Positions 9,546 to 19,568 are shown, counted from the stretch's first letter. The stretch is 64,000 nt of DNA from Candidatus Poribacteria bacterium (GCA_965198175.1 OZ240245.1:672001-736000), one strand, 5' to 3'. Translations and numbers: made by a program. The notes: a model not told the origin generated them from the letters alone.

Positions 9546-9759
9546 TGGACGCTCCTTTGGGCCGTGCGGAAATCGTCAATGGGATTTTGCGGGTGCTTTT
9601 GATAAAAAAGGGGTACATGGAAGGTTTTTACCCATTGTACCCCAAATCAACTAAACCGATTAACTTATCTTGCGCTGTGCTCCTACACATACTCTCTTCA
9701 AGGGAAATATTGGCAAAAGCGAATCTGTCCGAATGGCTCTTGGACAAAAATTGGAGAAC

Positions 9760-10509
9760 TTAAAGACCGGCAAAATCATCTGTTTGTTCACTATCTTCTT
9801 GAATCGATAGTTCCTTCACTCTTGCATCTGCAATCTTTTTCAATGCCCACTGATCCAAAATCTTGATTCGACGATGCCGAATGTCGATAAACCCAAGACG
9901 TTCAAATTCATTGAGAAGGGCGCTCGTTGTCTCACGCACAGTTGCAATTAAGTATGCCAGTTTCTGTTGCGAAAGTTTTACGCTCAGCATAATTCCCCGG
10001 CTATCGCGGACTCCATACCTTTCTGCTAAAGAAATCAACAGCAGAGCGAGTCGGGAAGACACACTGCGAAAAACCAAATTTTCCAGCTGGTTTTCGATTG
10101 CTCGCCTTCGCACCCCAATGAGCTTGGTTGTACGCATTGTTAGCTCCGGCTTTTTGCGAAGCAAATTTTCAAAATTTCGACGGCGTATGACACAGAGTAG
10201 CGTGTCATCTAATGTCTCTGCGATAGTATCGCGCGGCCCCTCATCAGATAACCCCATCTCCCCAAAGATCTCGCCTGGATCAAGAACCGCCAGTGTAGAT
10301 TCTTTTCCTTCTGGCAAAGGCTTGTAGATTTTGACCCGTCCCTCCTTGAGCAAATAGATGACATTCCTTGAGTCGTCTTGACCGCGGACCTGATCGTGGC
10401 GATTGTAGCTCTCCGTGCACGTAATTCGATTCAATTCGCCTAAGTCTACATCGGTCATGCCGTTAAAGATGTTAATATGCTTCAAGTACCAGATATTTTC
10501 CGTTTCCAC
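9760..10509 (-). CDS. Crp/Fnr family transcriptional regulator
   Basis: cNMP-binding domain (GRVKI...GEIFGE..R) and C-terminal HTH (LSQQKLAYLIATVRETTS). Confidence 0.92.
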   Translation of the reverse strand: METENIWYLKHINIFNGMTDVDLGELNRITCTESYNRHDQVRGQDDSRNVIYLLKEGRVKIYKPLPEGKESTLAVLDPGEIFGEMGLSDEGPRDTIAETLDDTLLCVIRRRNFENLLRKKPELTMRTTKLIGVRRRAIENQLENLVFRSVSSRLALLLISLAERYGVRDSRGIMLSVKLSQQKLAYLIATVRETTSALLNEFERLGFIDIRHRRIKILDQWALKKIADARVKELSIQEDSEQTDDFAGL

Positions 10510-10615
10510 TCATTTGCCTTTATGTGCTTCGTGCTGTCTTTAAAAGCACCCTTTCCCGCATCAATGAGTTTGAGATGCACAGGGGAATCGCGCATCATCT
10601 TCAAGTCCAAAGGGC

Positions 10616-10689
10616 AAAAAAATAGGTAACCGTTCTAGGGCTAATGCCGGTCAGTCAGGACTTACTCCGATTAGCGCTGAACGGTTACC
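10616..10689 (-). terminator. Long imperfect hairpin/terminator after the yceI-like gene
   Basis: GGTAACCGTTC...GAACGGTTACC outer stem and GCTAAT/ATTAGC inner stem, followed by TATTTTTTT on the minus strand. Confidence 0.65.
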
Positions 10690-10749
10690 AAAACAGAACA
10701 CAGTATGAAACGTAGAAAATTAGCGCCTTTCACGTTTGCAGGCTACTAT

Positions 10750-11754
10750 CTATTTGCTACAGGGGTTACACGGATTGCAAGGATTCGCCGCACATGGATT
10801 GCACGGATTGCAAGGGTTTGCCGCACATGGATTACAGGGGTTACACGGGTTGCAAGGATTTGCCGCACATGGATTACAGGGGTTACACGGGTTGCAAGGA
10901 TTTGCCGCACATGGATTACAGGGGTTGCACGGGTTGCAAGGATTTGCCGCACATGGGTTACAGGGGTTGCACGGATTGCACGGGTTTTCAGTCATCATCT
11001 TGGCGGTTGTGCCAAACAAATCCACACTGACTCTGATGTTGTCGTCCAACTTGAGAAGGACTAACTGAGGCCTTTTGATATTGTAATCGGAGAGCTTCAA
11101 TACAAGAGCGCCGTCGATGTGTATGAGGTCGCCAGGCATCCTCATCTTGGTGTCTTCATTTTCCTTGAGTAAGGTCAGGGTGATACCTTCGAGGTGCACC
11201 TTTTTCTTTACCCCGTGAAGCTCTAGCGTTCCTTTTGCATCCAGTGTTACGGGCTTTTGATCCATAAGCGTTTTGCTGGACGCCTTGGTAACCTTATCTA
11301 TCGTTAGTACCGCATTAGGGTACTTGTCTGTTTCTAGGAACTGCTCGCGCATATGCTCATCTCGAAGCCCAATTCCCGTTGACATGCTTGCGAGATCCAA
11401 CTCAAACTTCGCCATTGAGTCGCTGGTGACATCAGTCGGGTCCACACGAATGCGCCCTGCAATTTTGTTGCTCATACCGATAATGTTTTCCAACGGCGCC
11501 TTGGATTCAAAAGTGAATGTGTTTCTGTTATCGTCAATTGTGAACATCTTTGCTGCTGCGGCGCACGGGTTGCACGGGTTCGCCGCACACGGATTACAGG
11601 GATTACATGGGTTTACCTGCTCCTCACTTGCCTCCGCTGCCTCCGCTGCTTCCGCACAAGGATTACAGGGATTTTCGCCCGCTAAACTCGCTGTTGGTAG
11701 AATCAGAGATCCTATCAGAACCAAGATAAAGGTATAAAAGACTAATTTTCGCAT
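10750..11754 (-). CDS. Secreted YceI-family protein flanked by Asn-Pro-Cys repeat arrays
   Basis: Signal peptide (..SLA-G). YceI motifs [34 protein letters not shown]. 7 NPC triplets N-terminal and 22 C-terminal. Confidence 0.88.
   Translation of the reverse strand: MRKLVFYTFILVLIGSLILPTASLAGENPCNPCAEAAEAAEASEEQVNPCNPCNPCAANPCNPCAAAAKMFTIDDNRNTFTFESKAPLENIIGMSNKIAGRIRVDPTDVTSDSMAKFELDLASMSTGIGLRDEHMREQFLETDKYPNAVLTIDKVTKASSKTLMDQKPVTLDAKGTLELHGVKKKVHLEGITLTLLKENEDTKMRMPGDLIHIDGALVLKLSDYNIKRPQLVLLKLDDNIRVSVDLFGTTAKMMTENPCNPCNPCNPCAANPCNPCNPCNPCAANPCNPCNPCNPCAANPCNPCNPCNPCAANPCNPCNPCAANPCNPCNPCSK
10759..10986 (-). repeat. Coding tandem repeat (9-bp NPC units in 33/42-bp higher-order units)
   Basis: (NPC)4AA four times, then (NPC)3AA, then (NPC)3. 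Synonymous variation between units. Confidence 0.95.
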
Positions 11755-12129
11755 GATGTTATTCCTTTCTTCGTCACATTTGCTTTAGTTTTCAAGAATA
11801 AGTGTCTATTCCAACACGTCGAGAGTTACTCAGTCGCACCGTGTCTCTTCCACTCGATTGACCGCTTAGACAGTTTGACTCATACATTATACTTTAGAAA
11901 GACACTGTGTGCCAACCCAAAAAGGCGTTAATTCGATAGCGCTTAAACTCTCCCTAGATTGTAAAATGTCAATCAGTCAGTCGGATTAACATCAAGGTTG
12001 GAAGCGCATTCATCAATGAGTGCATGGGAGCAGAAGCTAACCAGCCGAAGTTTTCAATCTTAAAAAACATCTGCCTCCTCAACTAGCACATTGGGTATTA
12101 GAAGGTTTATCGTCAGTGAGTTTGTCGCC

Positions 12130-12924
12130 TCAATATCTGATGTCAGCGAGAGGGCGAGCCTGCATGAATAGTTTCGCGCCCCGGCAGACATCATCGGTTG
12201 GTTCCACGCCGCACAGCCACGCCCAGGTGCGTTCACATCGAATCAAGTCTCGGTAGCATTCCACCTCAGTCGCATAGGGATGACGTCCTTGGTTGACATA
12301 AGGCGGCACTTTATCCGAATTTGTCACCCAGTCCCGTTTTGGCGGGGAGCTGCGAAAATACGAATATTTAAGCATCCCGCGTCGCGTCGAATTCAACTTT
12401 GGCCCCGCCTTGTGCCAGATGCCATAGTGGGTCATAACAACTGTACCCGCGGGGACGGTCAAGGAGACCTGACCAATAATGTTGCCGTAATGTGCAAGTG
12501 CTTCTCGTTCGACCAGTCGATAGTGGGAGCCTGGAAGCACCATAGTAGGACCGTCCTCAAGACTAACCGCTTTGGGATAGTAATAGCATTGAAGATGGTG
12601 AACTCCATAACCATATTCGGAAATCCCATCGGAATGCCATAACTGTCCGGAATGAGGTGCTTCAAACAGGTGATGATGAGCTGTGATGGGCACGAGGAAA
12701 TTTTTGCCTAAAAGTGAACGAGCAACCCCGGCAGCTTCCGGCTGCATTAGAACTTCCTTGAGAAATTCAGGTGTATTAACGAATTCGTCGATCTGCCCGC
12801 CCGGCAGCATTTCACATTGGAGATTAAAAGCATCCGAAACAATACCCTCAAGAACGACATAACCGTTTGAAACGAAATCCATCACTTGCTTGTCGTCCAT
12901 AGTGGGTTGAACATCGATCATCAT
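12130..12924 (-). CDS. Phytanoyl-CoA dioxygenase (PhyH)-family Fe/2OG dioxygenase
   Basis: WHSD, GPTMVLPGSH, WHKAG motifs. Start moved to ATG 12924 behind AAGGGG RBS. Confidence 0.88.
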   Translation of the reverse strand: MMIDVQPTMDDKQVMDFVSNGYVVLEGIVSDAFNLQCEMLPGGQIDEFVNTPEFLKEVLMQPEAAGVARSLLGKNFLVPITAHHHLFEAPHSGQLWHSDGISEYGYGVHHLQCYYYPKAVSLEDGPTMVLPGSHYRLVEREALAHYGNIIGQVSLTVPAGTVVMTHYGIWHKAGPKLNSTRRGMLKYSYFRSSPPKRDWVTNSDKVPPYVNQGRHPYATEVECYRDLIRCERTWAWLCGVEPTDDVCRGAKLFMQARPLADIRY

Positions 12925-12979
12925 TTCCCCCTTTTCTTTGAGGTATGGGAACTCTTTTTCTATCCTACCCAAAATTATC

Positions 12980-13339
12980 TTACGTCCATTTTTCCAAGAT
13001 GAATTCATAACCCAGATATGCGTTGTCGATATCCGAAAACTGGTAGAGTTTCGAGATGGGGAATTGAACGATTCGCCAGCCGTCGCACACCGCTTCGATA
13101 ACTGAGGAGTATGGTAACTCCTGTGATGGAAGGGTGGGTTTATCAGGTTCCGTGGGATCGTACAACGCCCAGCTAGCGATGGGTGAACGCATGTTGGTCG
13201 ATTTCGAATACAAGTAAAGCACTATCTGTTTCGGTTCAGTAAGAAGCGCTTCCAAACGTAAGAGATCGCCTTCTGTCAATTTACCCTCTCGAAGTTTCGC
13301 ACGACAGCCGTCCATCCACTGTTTAATCGCAGTCTTCAT
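12980..13339 (-). CDS. Small uncharacterised protein co-transcribed with phyH
   Basis: 119-aa ORF with GAGG RBS; motif PYSSVIEAVCDGWRIVQFP...YEFILEK. Confidence 0.75.
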   Translation of the reverse strand: MKTAIKQWMDGCRAKLREGKLTEGDLLRLEALLTEPKQIVLYLYSKSTNMRSPIASWALYDPTEPDKPTLPSQELPYSSVIEAVCDGWRIVQFPISKLYQFSDIDNAYLGYEFILEKWT

Positions 13340-13404
13340 TAAATAACCTCTCTATCATATATTTCTTGAAGGCGTCATCCATGCAGTCAAAGAGCATACC
13401 TCTT

Positions 13405-15582
13405 CTACCAAATCACAGCAAACTTTGTTTCTTCTTGCGCCGACGCGCCGTTTGGAGCGGTCGCGGCGATTCGGCCGATGTAGATGCCAGGGGCAACTTT
13501 CTCACCGAACGTCTTTAAACCAGACCAAGTAAAAGAGTCATTAACGCCTAATCTCCCGTTTTTATTCCCAGCAGAAAACTGCTCTTCGAAGACATTCTCA
13601 CCGAATACGTTATAGACGCCGATAATGATATCGGCATCGCGGCTAAGCGTATATACAAACCTTAAGGATGCCCCGCTTCTGTTGAAGTCGATCGGGTTCG
13701 GATATGTGAAGACGTTTTCGACCGTTACGCCCGGATCGGTGACCGACACCGGTGTTTCAATCTGATTGTTGCTGAAATCCGACTCGAGGAAATGTACCTC
13801 GCTGTTCGCTGTCGCGAGCAGCGTAAATTCGCCCCAGGCGGTTGGTGTGAAGGTCGCGCTAATCAATTTCGATTCGCCCGCGTTGAGATCTACAGCCTGT
13901 TCCAAGAGAACTTCAAAGTCCCCATCGGGCGATTCGGCGACAAACCGAATCTTGATTCCCATCACTGCGATAGATCCCCCGTTCTTAACGTTCGCACGCA
14001 GTGTGACTTCATCCCCTTTCGCGGGTGTTGGGTTGGAAAGCTCAATTTCGCTGGATTCCCAGAAAATATCAGGACGCATTTCGTCCGCTTCGCCCGGGCG
14101 AATGATTGGACGGGCAAGCTCGGCAAGCGTCGCAACGCCCAATTTAATGGCTAATTCCCCCAACAACGGACGAGAGATTTTCGCTAGACTGTCTTCCTGG
14201 CTGTGGATATAGTCGACCGATTCTTCCGGCGCATCAAGCGAAGATTCTTCCGCTACCATTACAGCGGGGACACCAATCTCCCAAAACGGGGAATGATCAC
14301 TGAAAATAAAGCTCGGATCGTTCTTCTTGCGCAAATTAACCGGAATGTTATATTGCTCGGCAGCCTTGCCGAAGGCGTTGACCAGCCATTGTGATTGTTC
14401 GTTTCCAACGACATGGATGTCCAGAATCCCGTCTGGATCATGTCCAAGTAAATCAAAGTTGAGTACGCCCGCAATCTGATCTCCGCGTTGTTTGGCCAGA
14501 TCTCGATAGTGTCTACTTCCAAAAAGAAACAACTCCTCGCCCGAAAAGGCGATAAATCTGATGGTATGGTCGAAATCTGTTTTACTGAGGATGCGCGCGG
14601 TTTGGAGTATTTCTGCGACACCTGAGGCATTGTCCGATGCGCCCGGCGCCGGCAATGTCCGCCAGCTCTGCTCCCAGCCTGGGGTTCGGGAGGCGATGCT
14701 ATCGTAGTGTGCTGTCATTAGATAGATGCGATCTTTATTTGGCCCCTTGCCCGGAAGCGTTGCGACCACATTCCGCATGACGTAGTCTCCTACTGGATCA
14801 CCAAGCGCTGTTCGACGACGGTGGGGGAACAAATCAAATTCGACTTGTAAGCCAAAACTTCGGAACTGTTCGGCGATGTAGTCTGCCGCATTGTCACAAG
14901 CGTGATCCGGCCTGGGGTTGCCGTCGAGTTGAATCGCTTCGCGCACCCGTAGGGAGTAGCGGCTCCGGAAAAACGTCCCCGGCTGTTCTAAATCTTCGTT
15001 TTCAACAAGTGCGATAATCTGTCTGAACCACTGATCGGAATCAACCTGATTCAGCAAATCTCGAATGGCGGATTGATGCTGTGGCGATCCTGTGCTGCTT
15101 GGTGCGTACGGAACCAATTCCACTTCCGGTATAATAACATCAGCGGGTAATTTAGCACGATGGTGCACCGGCAAATCGAATAGAACGTGCTCAAAATCGG
15201 TTCGCAATTTGAAGAGAAGAAATCCGTCGAGCAAATCTAGAATCTCGCCATACCTCTCAACCTTCAAGCGTTCCTGCGTAGAAGTTGGCAACAGAACGTA
15301 GTAATCGAAACCCGGAGAAATCGAATCGAGGATTTCAGCGGACGGTAATTCGGACAGCGTGCTATGGTAAGCTTCAATGATGGAAAAATTCCGCGTGCGA
15401 TAGCGCAGTTTAATGTTGAAACGCGCTTTCAGAAGGCGGATCTGATGGTCAGATGTCTCTGGAATCTTGAGCAACAGATTCGTCTGGGCGGAAAGGGTAT
15501 TTGTGATGAAGACTGAAAGAAAGACAATCGGAAAAAGACCTGTGCAAACCAAGTTTCTATGAATGTTATGCAGACTCAGCAT
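13405..15582 (-). CDS. Secreted M28 metallopeptidase with CARDB-like Ig domain and FlgD/T9SS-like C-terminal domain
   Basis: AHYDS, GASDNASG, SGEE, NFD, SDH, YIH zinc/catalytic motifs; ESDFSNN (CARDB); FTYPNP...PGIY tail. Confidence 0.88.
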   Translation of the reverse strand: MLSLHNIHRNLVCTGLFPIVFLSVFITNTLSAQTNLLLKIPETSDHQIRLLKARFNIKLRYRTRNFSIIEAYHSTLSELPSAEILDSISPGFDYYVLLPTSTQERLKVERYGEILDLLDGFLLFKLRTDFEHVLFDLPVHHRAKLPADVIIPEVELVPYAPSSTGSPQHQSAIRDLLNQVDSDQWFRQIIALVENEDLEQPGTFFRSRYSLRVREAIQLDGNPRPDHACDNAADYIAEQFRSFGLQVEFDLFPHRRRTALGDPVGDYVMRNVVATLPGKGPNKDRIYLMTAHYDSIASRTPGWEQSWRTLPAPGASDNASGVAEILQTARILSKTDFDHTIRFIAFSGEELFLFGSRHYRDLAKQRGDQIAGVLNFDLLGHDPDGILDIHVVGNEQSQWLVNAFGKAAEQYNIPVNLRKKNDPSFIFSDHSPFWEIGVPAVMVAEESSLDAPEESVDYIHSQEDSLAKISRPLLGELAIKLGVATLAELARPIIRPGEADEMRPDIFWESSEIELSNPTPAKGDEVTLRANVKNGGSIAVMGIKIRFVAESPDGDFEVLLEQAVDLNAGESKLISATFTPTAWGEFTLLATANSEVHFLESDFSNNQIETPVSVTDPGVTVENVFTYPNPIDFNRSGASLRFVYTLSRDADIIIGVYNVFGENVFEEQFSAGNKNGRLGVNDSFTWSGLKTFGEKVAPGIYIGRIAATAPNGASAQEETKFAVIW

Positions 15583-15911
15583 TGTGGTCCTAGATTCTAT
15601 GGTAAAGGTAAAATTTTCACATGCTACCCAAAATCTTAAGGAAAAGTCAATTCAAAAGAGAAGTTCGCCGCGGTTCATAATGTTTTCGGCGTGAGTATGT
15701 CTGTGGTAGTTGTTTTGTTGTGTGAGCCTATCATCTACCCAACAGAAAAAATGTGTGACAAAATCTTCAGTGGTCATGAGTTTGAGGCGTCCAGTTAATC
15801 GAGATGGTTTGTTACCCCGATTAACGAAACAATTGAGAGAACCGACTCATGACCTCTACATTAATCTAACACCATTGGTTATATAATGGGGTGCTATGTC
15901 TTACTTCATCC

Positions 15912-16048
15912 CTAGGGTGTGTTGACCCATTGACGGATTCGACTCATCTTCGCTCCGAGGGTCTTCGCCTTATACCCAGTGAAGCAATTTTGGGCAACCG
16001 TCTCGGTTTATGCTGGATTGGCAACAGCAAAATGTGAACTCGTCCTAG
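15912..16048. mobile_element. MITE-like element with IS5-type ends
   Basis: CTAG at both ends; imperfect terminal inverted repeats CTAGGGTGTGTTGAC / GTGAACTCGTCCTAG. About 85 bp recur at 19381-19463. Confidence 0.5.
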
Positions 16049-16107
16049 CTACTTGCGTTAAATTATTCCAATTTTAATCTTATGTGCCAACAAATCAGTA
16101 TGGAGTA

Positions 16108-16148
16108 AGTTTGTGAAGCGTAAGAAGACGCCTTACGCTTCACAAACT
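16108..16148. terminator. Perfect 17-bp stem-loop, probable terminator
   Basis: AGTTTGTGAAGCGTAAG-7nt-CTTACGCTTCACAAACT just downstream of the 16184 stop. Confidence 0.7.
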
Positions 16149-16183
16149 CGCCGTAACTCCCCTAGTTTTCACGTAACGTTCAT

Positions 16184-17374
16184 TTAGAAGACGCGGTAGT
16201 TGAGTAGAACGGTAAAATTGGAGGTGATGTCTTCGTCAGGCACCTTTTCGATTTGTTCCGTTGCTACTAGATTGATATTATTCTCGATGTAATAGATGAA
16301 CGAGATTCCGAATGAATGGCTATTCTCTACATCTCCTACTCCGGGTTTATCCAACCGCAGTAGATGTCGAAGCCGCAGGTCAATACGGTTGGACAACTCA
16401 TACGAAATATCGCTTGATAATGACAACGCGTAAGCCGTTCCAAAGTTATCAAAAGGCGTGTTGATTGAAACGCGCTCACTGATTTGCCATTGCCAGGCTA
16501 TTGGACGTGCATAACTAGCACTCACATCGAGATTCGCGACTGGACGGTCCTGGTCTGTATAGGGTGTGGTGATATCGAATTTGGAACCAATGGTCGCGTC
16601 CCAGCCGTAAAACCGATCTGCGATATCCTCACGTTCAAGAATCTCCTCAATGCGAAGAACCCCGATAGCACTGAGTCCACCTTCATTGAGCAGACCCGAC
16701 TCACGCATAACCGTTTCCATGTCTTTATACCACTCTTTTTTGTAAATCTCGCCATATTTGTCTTCATATTCGTTTTCACGATTGATAATCTTGCTAAACT
16801 CAAGAATCGCTGTTTTCGGCAGATGTCCGCTAAGTTCTCCCTCTTGAATGAGAAATGCTTCAATACGAACGGCTTTTGCCAGCGATGTCGCCTCAATAAA
16901 TCGACCATATCCCATGCCAACAATCACAGCGGACGCCGGTCGGTCGTAGCGCCGGTGCATGTCTGAACTGGCACGGAGGGAACCGAAGGTATCTCTAAGC
17001 AACTCATTGTTCTCCGCCAGATACTTCTTGACGCCGGCATCTCCCTTTATTTGATAATTGGTGTGATAATCATCCGTCTCTATGTTTTTATCCACCAAGC
17101 CGGACCCAATAACATCAATGGAATACCCAAATGGCAAGGAATCATAGAACCTTTTGTAAATACCGCCGATGTTTCCTTTGCTATTTGTCGCAGTGGAGCC
17201 TGTTGTTGCATGGTTCATCGAAAAATCAATCAAGAGACGGTCCGCAGCACTAACTGGTACTTCATAGTCGGTAACAGATACTTCTTGCGCAGATACATTG
17301 TTCACAACAAGGATAACCTCTCCCAATAACACGAGAAATACACCCAAGAGGACATAAACACGTGTCTTCAACAT
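16184..17374 (-). CDS. Putative outer-membrane beta-barrel protein
   Basis: Signal peptide (VSA-Q), alternating amphipathic beta strands, C-terminal YRVF. Start at ATG 17374 behind AAGGAG. Confidence 0.65.
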   Translation of the reverse strand: MLKTRVYVLLGVFLVLLGEVILVVNNVSAQEVSVTDYEVPVSAADRLLIDFSMNHATTGSTATNSKGNIGGIYKRFYDSLPFGYSIDVIGSGLVDKNIETDDYHTNYQIKGDAGVKKYLAENNELLRDTFGSLRASSDMHRRYDRPASAVIVGMGYGRFIEATSLAKAVRIEAFLIQEGELSGHLPKTAILEFSKIINRENEYEDKYGEIYKKEWYKDMETVMRESGLLNEGGLSAIGVLRIEEILEREDIADRFYGWDATIGSKFDITTPYTDQDRPVANLDVSASYARPIAWQWQISERVSINTPFDNFGTAYALSLSSDISYELSNRIDLRLRHLLRLDKPGVGDVENSHSFGISFIYYIENNINLVATEQIEKVPDEDITSNFTVLLNYRVF

Positions 17375-17486
17375 GACAAATCTCCTTTTTAAGTGTTTTG
17401 ACAATCAATAAAGTGCTAATGGTAGTTTAAACCGCAAACAAGTAAAGTGAAGTGCCAACGTTAATTTAGGCCACAAATAAGCGAAG

Positions 17487-18351
17487 TTAATCCAAGTATT
17501 GTTTCTCAAATTCAATCGGCGTGAAATAACCTAACGCCGAGTGAGGTCGTTTCTGATTATAAACCTGTACGATAAAATGACCAATTCGTGCTCTGGCTTC
17601 CATTATATCATCGTAGTCGTTGAGATACACTTCTTCTTCCTTCAGCGTTCGGATGAGTCTTTCGGCATAACCGTTCTCCCACGGACGCCCCCTATGAGCT
17701 AAGGAAATCTCTATCCCATGACCGATGAGAGTGGAAGTATAAGCTGTTGAAAGATACTGAACCCCATGGTCACTATGGTGAATTTCTGGTATGTTTTGGC
17801 TTAATGCCCGTTGCAACGGTCTCAATGTGAGCGGTTCTGTCAAGTGCTGACTCAGTTGCCAACTCCTCACCACTCGGGTAAATACATCCATTAACACCGA
17901 AACATACACGAACTGCTCCTTGAGTCGGACATAGGTAATATCACCGACCCACACCTGATTGCTTCGACAGATGTCAAGGTCTTCAAGCCGATTGACCCAT
18001 TGACTACAACCGCGCAACGATTGAGTGGTTTGACAAGTACGGTTTACGGCAACCAACAAATTATCCTCTTTCATCAGTCGGGCGACGCGTCGGTAACCGA
18101 CAGTGTATCCCATTCGCAATAGCAACTGAGTGATACGCCTATAGCCATATTTCGGATAACGCGCTGCTAGTTGCCCAATCTCATCTCGGAGCCTTTGTTC
18201 AAAGGGGTTACTTTTGGGGTGATAATAGAGGCTGCTCCGATTGAAGCCGAGTGTATCACAAATGTGTCGAACCGAGTAATCAGCGTGCAAAGCATCAACC
18301 ATCTGTCGCTTTTGAGACCGATTCAATTGAGCCAAGTTGAGGCTTTTTTTT
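17487..18351 (-). CDS. IS3 OrfB DDE transposase domain (normally reached by a -1 frameshift at the A8 tract)
   Basis: YGYRRI, WVGDITY, HHSDHG, ENGYAERLIRTLKEE, YNQKRPHSALGY. Confidence 0.88.
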
Positions 18352-18369
18352 GGATGTCTAACGCTAAAC

Positions 18370-18642
18370 TCAATAGGAATCCCTATCGCACTCACTATTC
18401 ATTCGTTTGATCCCAACGAGTTGTTCCAGTTGAGCAATCTGTGTCCTATAGTCGTTGGATTGCTTGTCAGCAGAATCATAGAGAGTTGCTGCATTATCAA
18501 GGAGTTGATGTTTCCATTTGGATAGCTGGTCTTGGCTGAGGTTATGCCGCCGACAAAGTTCCGCTTGTGAACTTTCACCGGTAAGTACCTCAATAACGAT
18601 TTCAGCCTTAAATTGGGGGGTAAATTTCCTTCGTTTTGCCAT
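18370..18642 (-). CDS. IS3 OrfA (HTH), C-terminus frameshifted
   Basis: MAKRRKFTPQFKAEIV...LSKWK. The canonical tail LALDIQKKASTWLN is present but out of frame. Confidence 0.85.
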   Translation of the reverse strand: MAKRRKFTPQFKAEIVIEVLTGESSQAELCRRHNLSQDQLSKWKHQLLDNAATLYDSADKQSNDYRTQIAQLEQLVGIKRMNSECDRDSY

Positions 18643-18896
18643 CGGAATCTCCTTTCAATCAATTGGAATTGTATCACAATCTTGGTTAAGAGAGTGGTCT
18701 AAATTGCCGATGGCATTACAAAGTTATGGCACAAATTCAATCTTTAAACTAGGGCGTGTTGGCATTTGTGCCATAGTATAAGGGCTGTCAACACTTACCC
18801 CAACTAATACTCAATGGTAAAAATCTGTGTGCGACAGGTTGTAAACTGAATGGAGATAAATCTCAAACCTATCTACTGTTGTGCAATGTGTGGATA

Positions 18897-19292
18897 TTAA
18901 CTAGACTTCTTCTTGGTGGCGTTGGATTCCTCCTCATTCTTTTCACGAGAGAGGGTATTTTCCAGTTCCGACGTCTTTTCGACAAAAGCAGTTTTCCCAG
19001 CCTCGACAGCTGACTTCACGCTCTCCGTAGCGTCGTTTACTCGCGCCTTTCCTTTACTGACCAAGTCAGTTACGATTTCGGTTGTTGTCGCCCTTGCCGT
19101 ATTGGCGGTGTCGATGGTTTTCTTTTTGACATCCGTAGAAACATCACGAATTCTCTCTCGTGTCTCTCTGCCAGCCAAGGGCGCAAACAGTAAACCGAGA
19201 GTTGAGCCTACTAAGCATCCCAGAACGAACGCAAAAAATACAACAAGACCATTGCCTTGATTTTCGTTATCCCCTTGATTTTCGTTACCCAT
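18897..19292 (-). CDS. YtxH-domain protein
   Basis: FVLGCLVGSTLGLLFAPLAGRETRERI motif. True start at ATG 19292 behind AAGGAGG. Confidence 0.88.
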   Translation of the reverse strand: MGNENQGDNENQGNGLVVFFAFVLGCLVGSTLGLLFAPLAGRETRERIRDVSTDVKKKTIDTANTARATTTEIVTDLVSKGKARVNDATESVKSAVEAGKTAFVEKTSELENTLSREKNEEESNATKKKSS

Positions 19293-19380
19293 TTGAATAA
19301 CCTCCTTAGTTATGGTTAAACGTTTAGACGTGCGTTTACGCCTCTTTTTTTTACAATGTTGCTGATAACAACTTGCCGGA

Positions 19381-19463
19381 GTGTGTTGACCATTGACGGA
19401 TTCAACCCATCTCCGTTCCGAGAGTCTTCGCCTTATACCCAGTGAAGCAATTTCGGGCAACCG
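19381..19463. repeat. Second, partial copy of the 15.9-kb dispersed element
   Basis: GTGTGTTGACC..ATTGACGGATTC...GTCTTCGCCTTATACCCAGTGAAGCAATTT.GGGCAACCG is shared with 15917-16000. Confidence 0.85.
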
Positions 19464-19568
19464 ACTGATAATCATACAATTGAACTTCTCACTGGAGGGT
19501 GACATGACACTAGCCCGCCTCCACGGCGAATTACGAAACGACTTACCTCTCAAATCATCTCAATCTAC

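Larger units (their letters stand above)
17448..18720 (-). mobile_element. IS3-family insertion sequence (1273 bp)
   Basis: TG..CA ends; inverted repeats TGTAATGCCATCGGCAATTTAGACCAC / TGAAGTGCCAACGTTAATTTAGGCCAC; 3-bp AAG target duplication. Confidence 0.93.

Noticed and set aside
10759..10986. Tandem repeats as a CRISPR array
   Set aside because: No unique spacers and no cas genes. Units are multiples of 3 with synonymous variation inside a CDS.
10705..11068. Plus-strand repeat ORFs (GLQGLH..., RIARI..., MDYRGYTGC...)
   Set aside because: Shadow frames of the stop-free NPC repeat. The minus-strand frame has the signal peptide and the YceI domain.
18897..19553. ORF-track 218-aa version of ytxH
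   Set aside because: The extension runs through a dispersed repeat; a strong RBS supports ATG 19292. Over-extended starts were also trimmed for phyH, mntD, cap2, cap3 and others.
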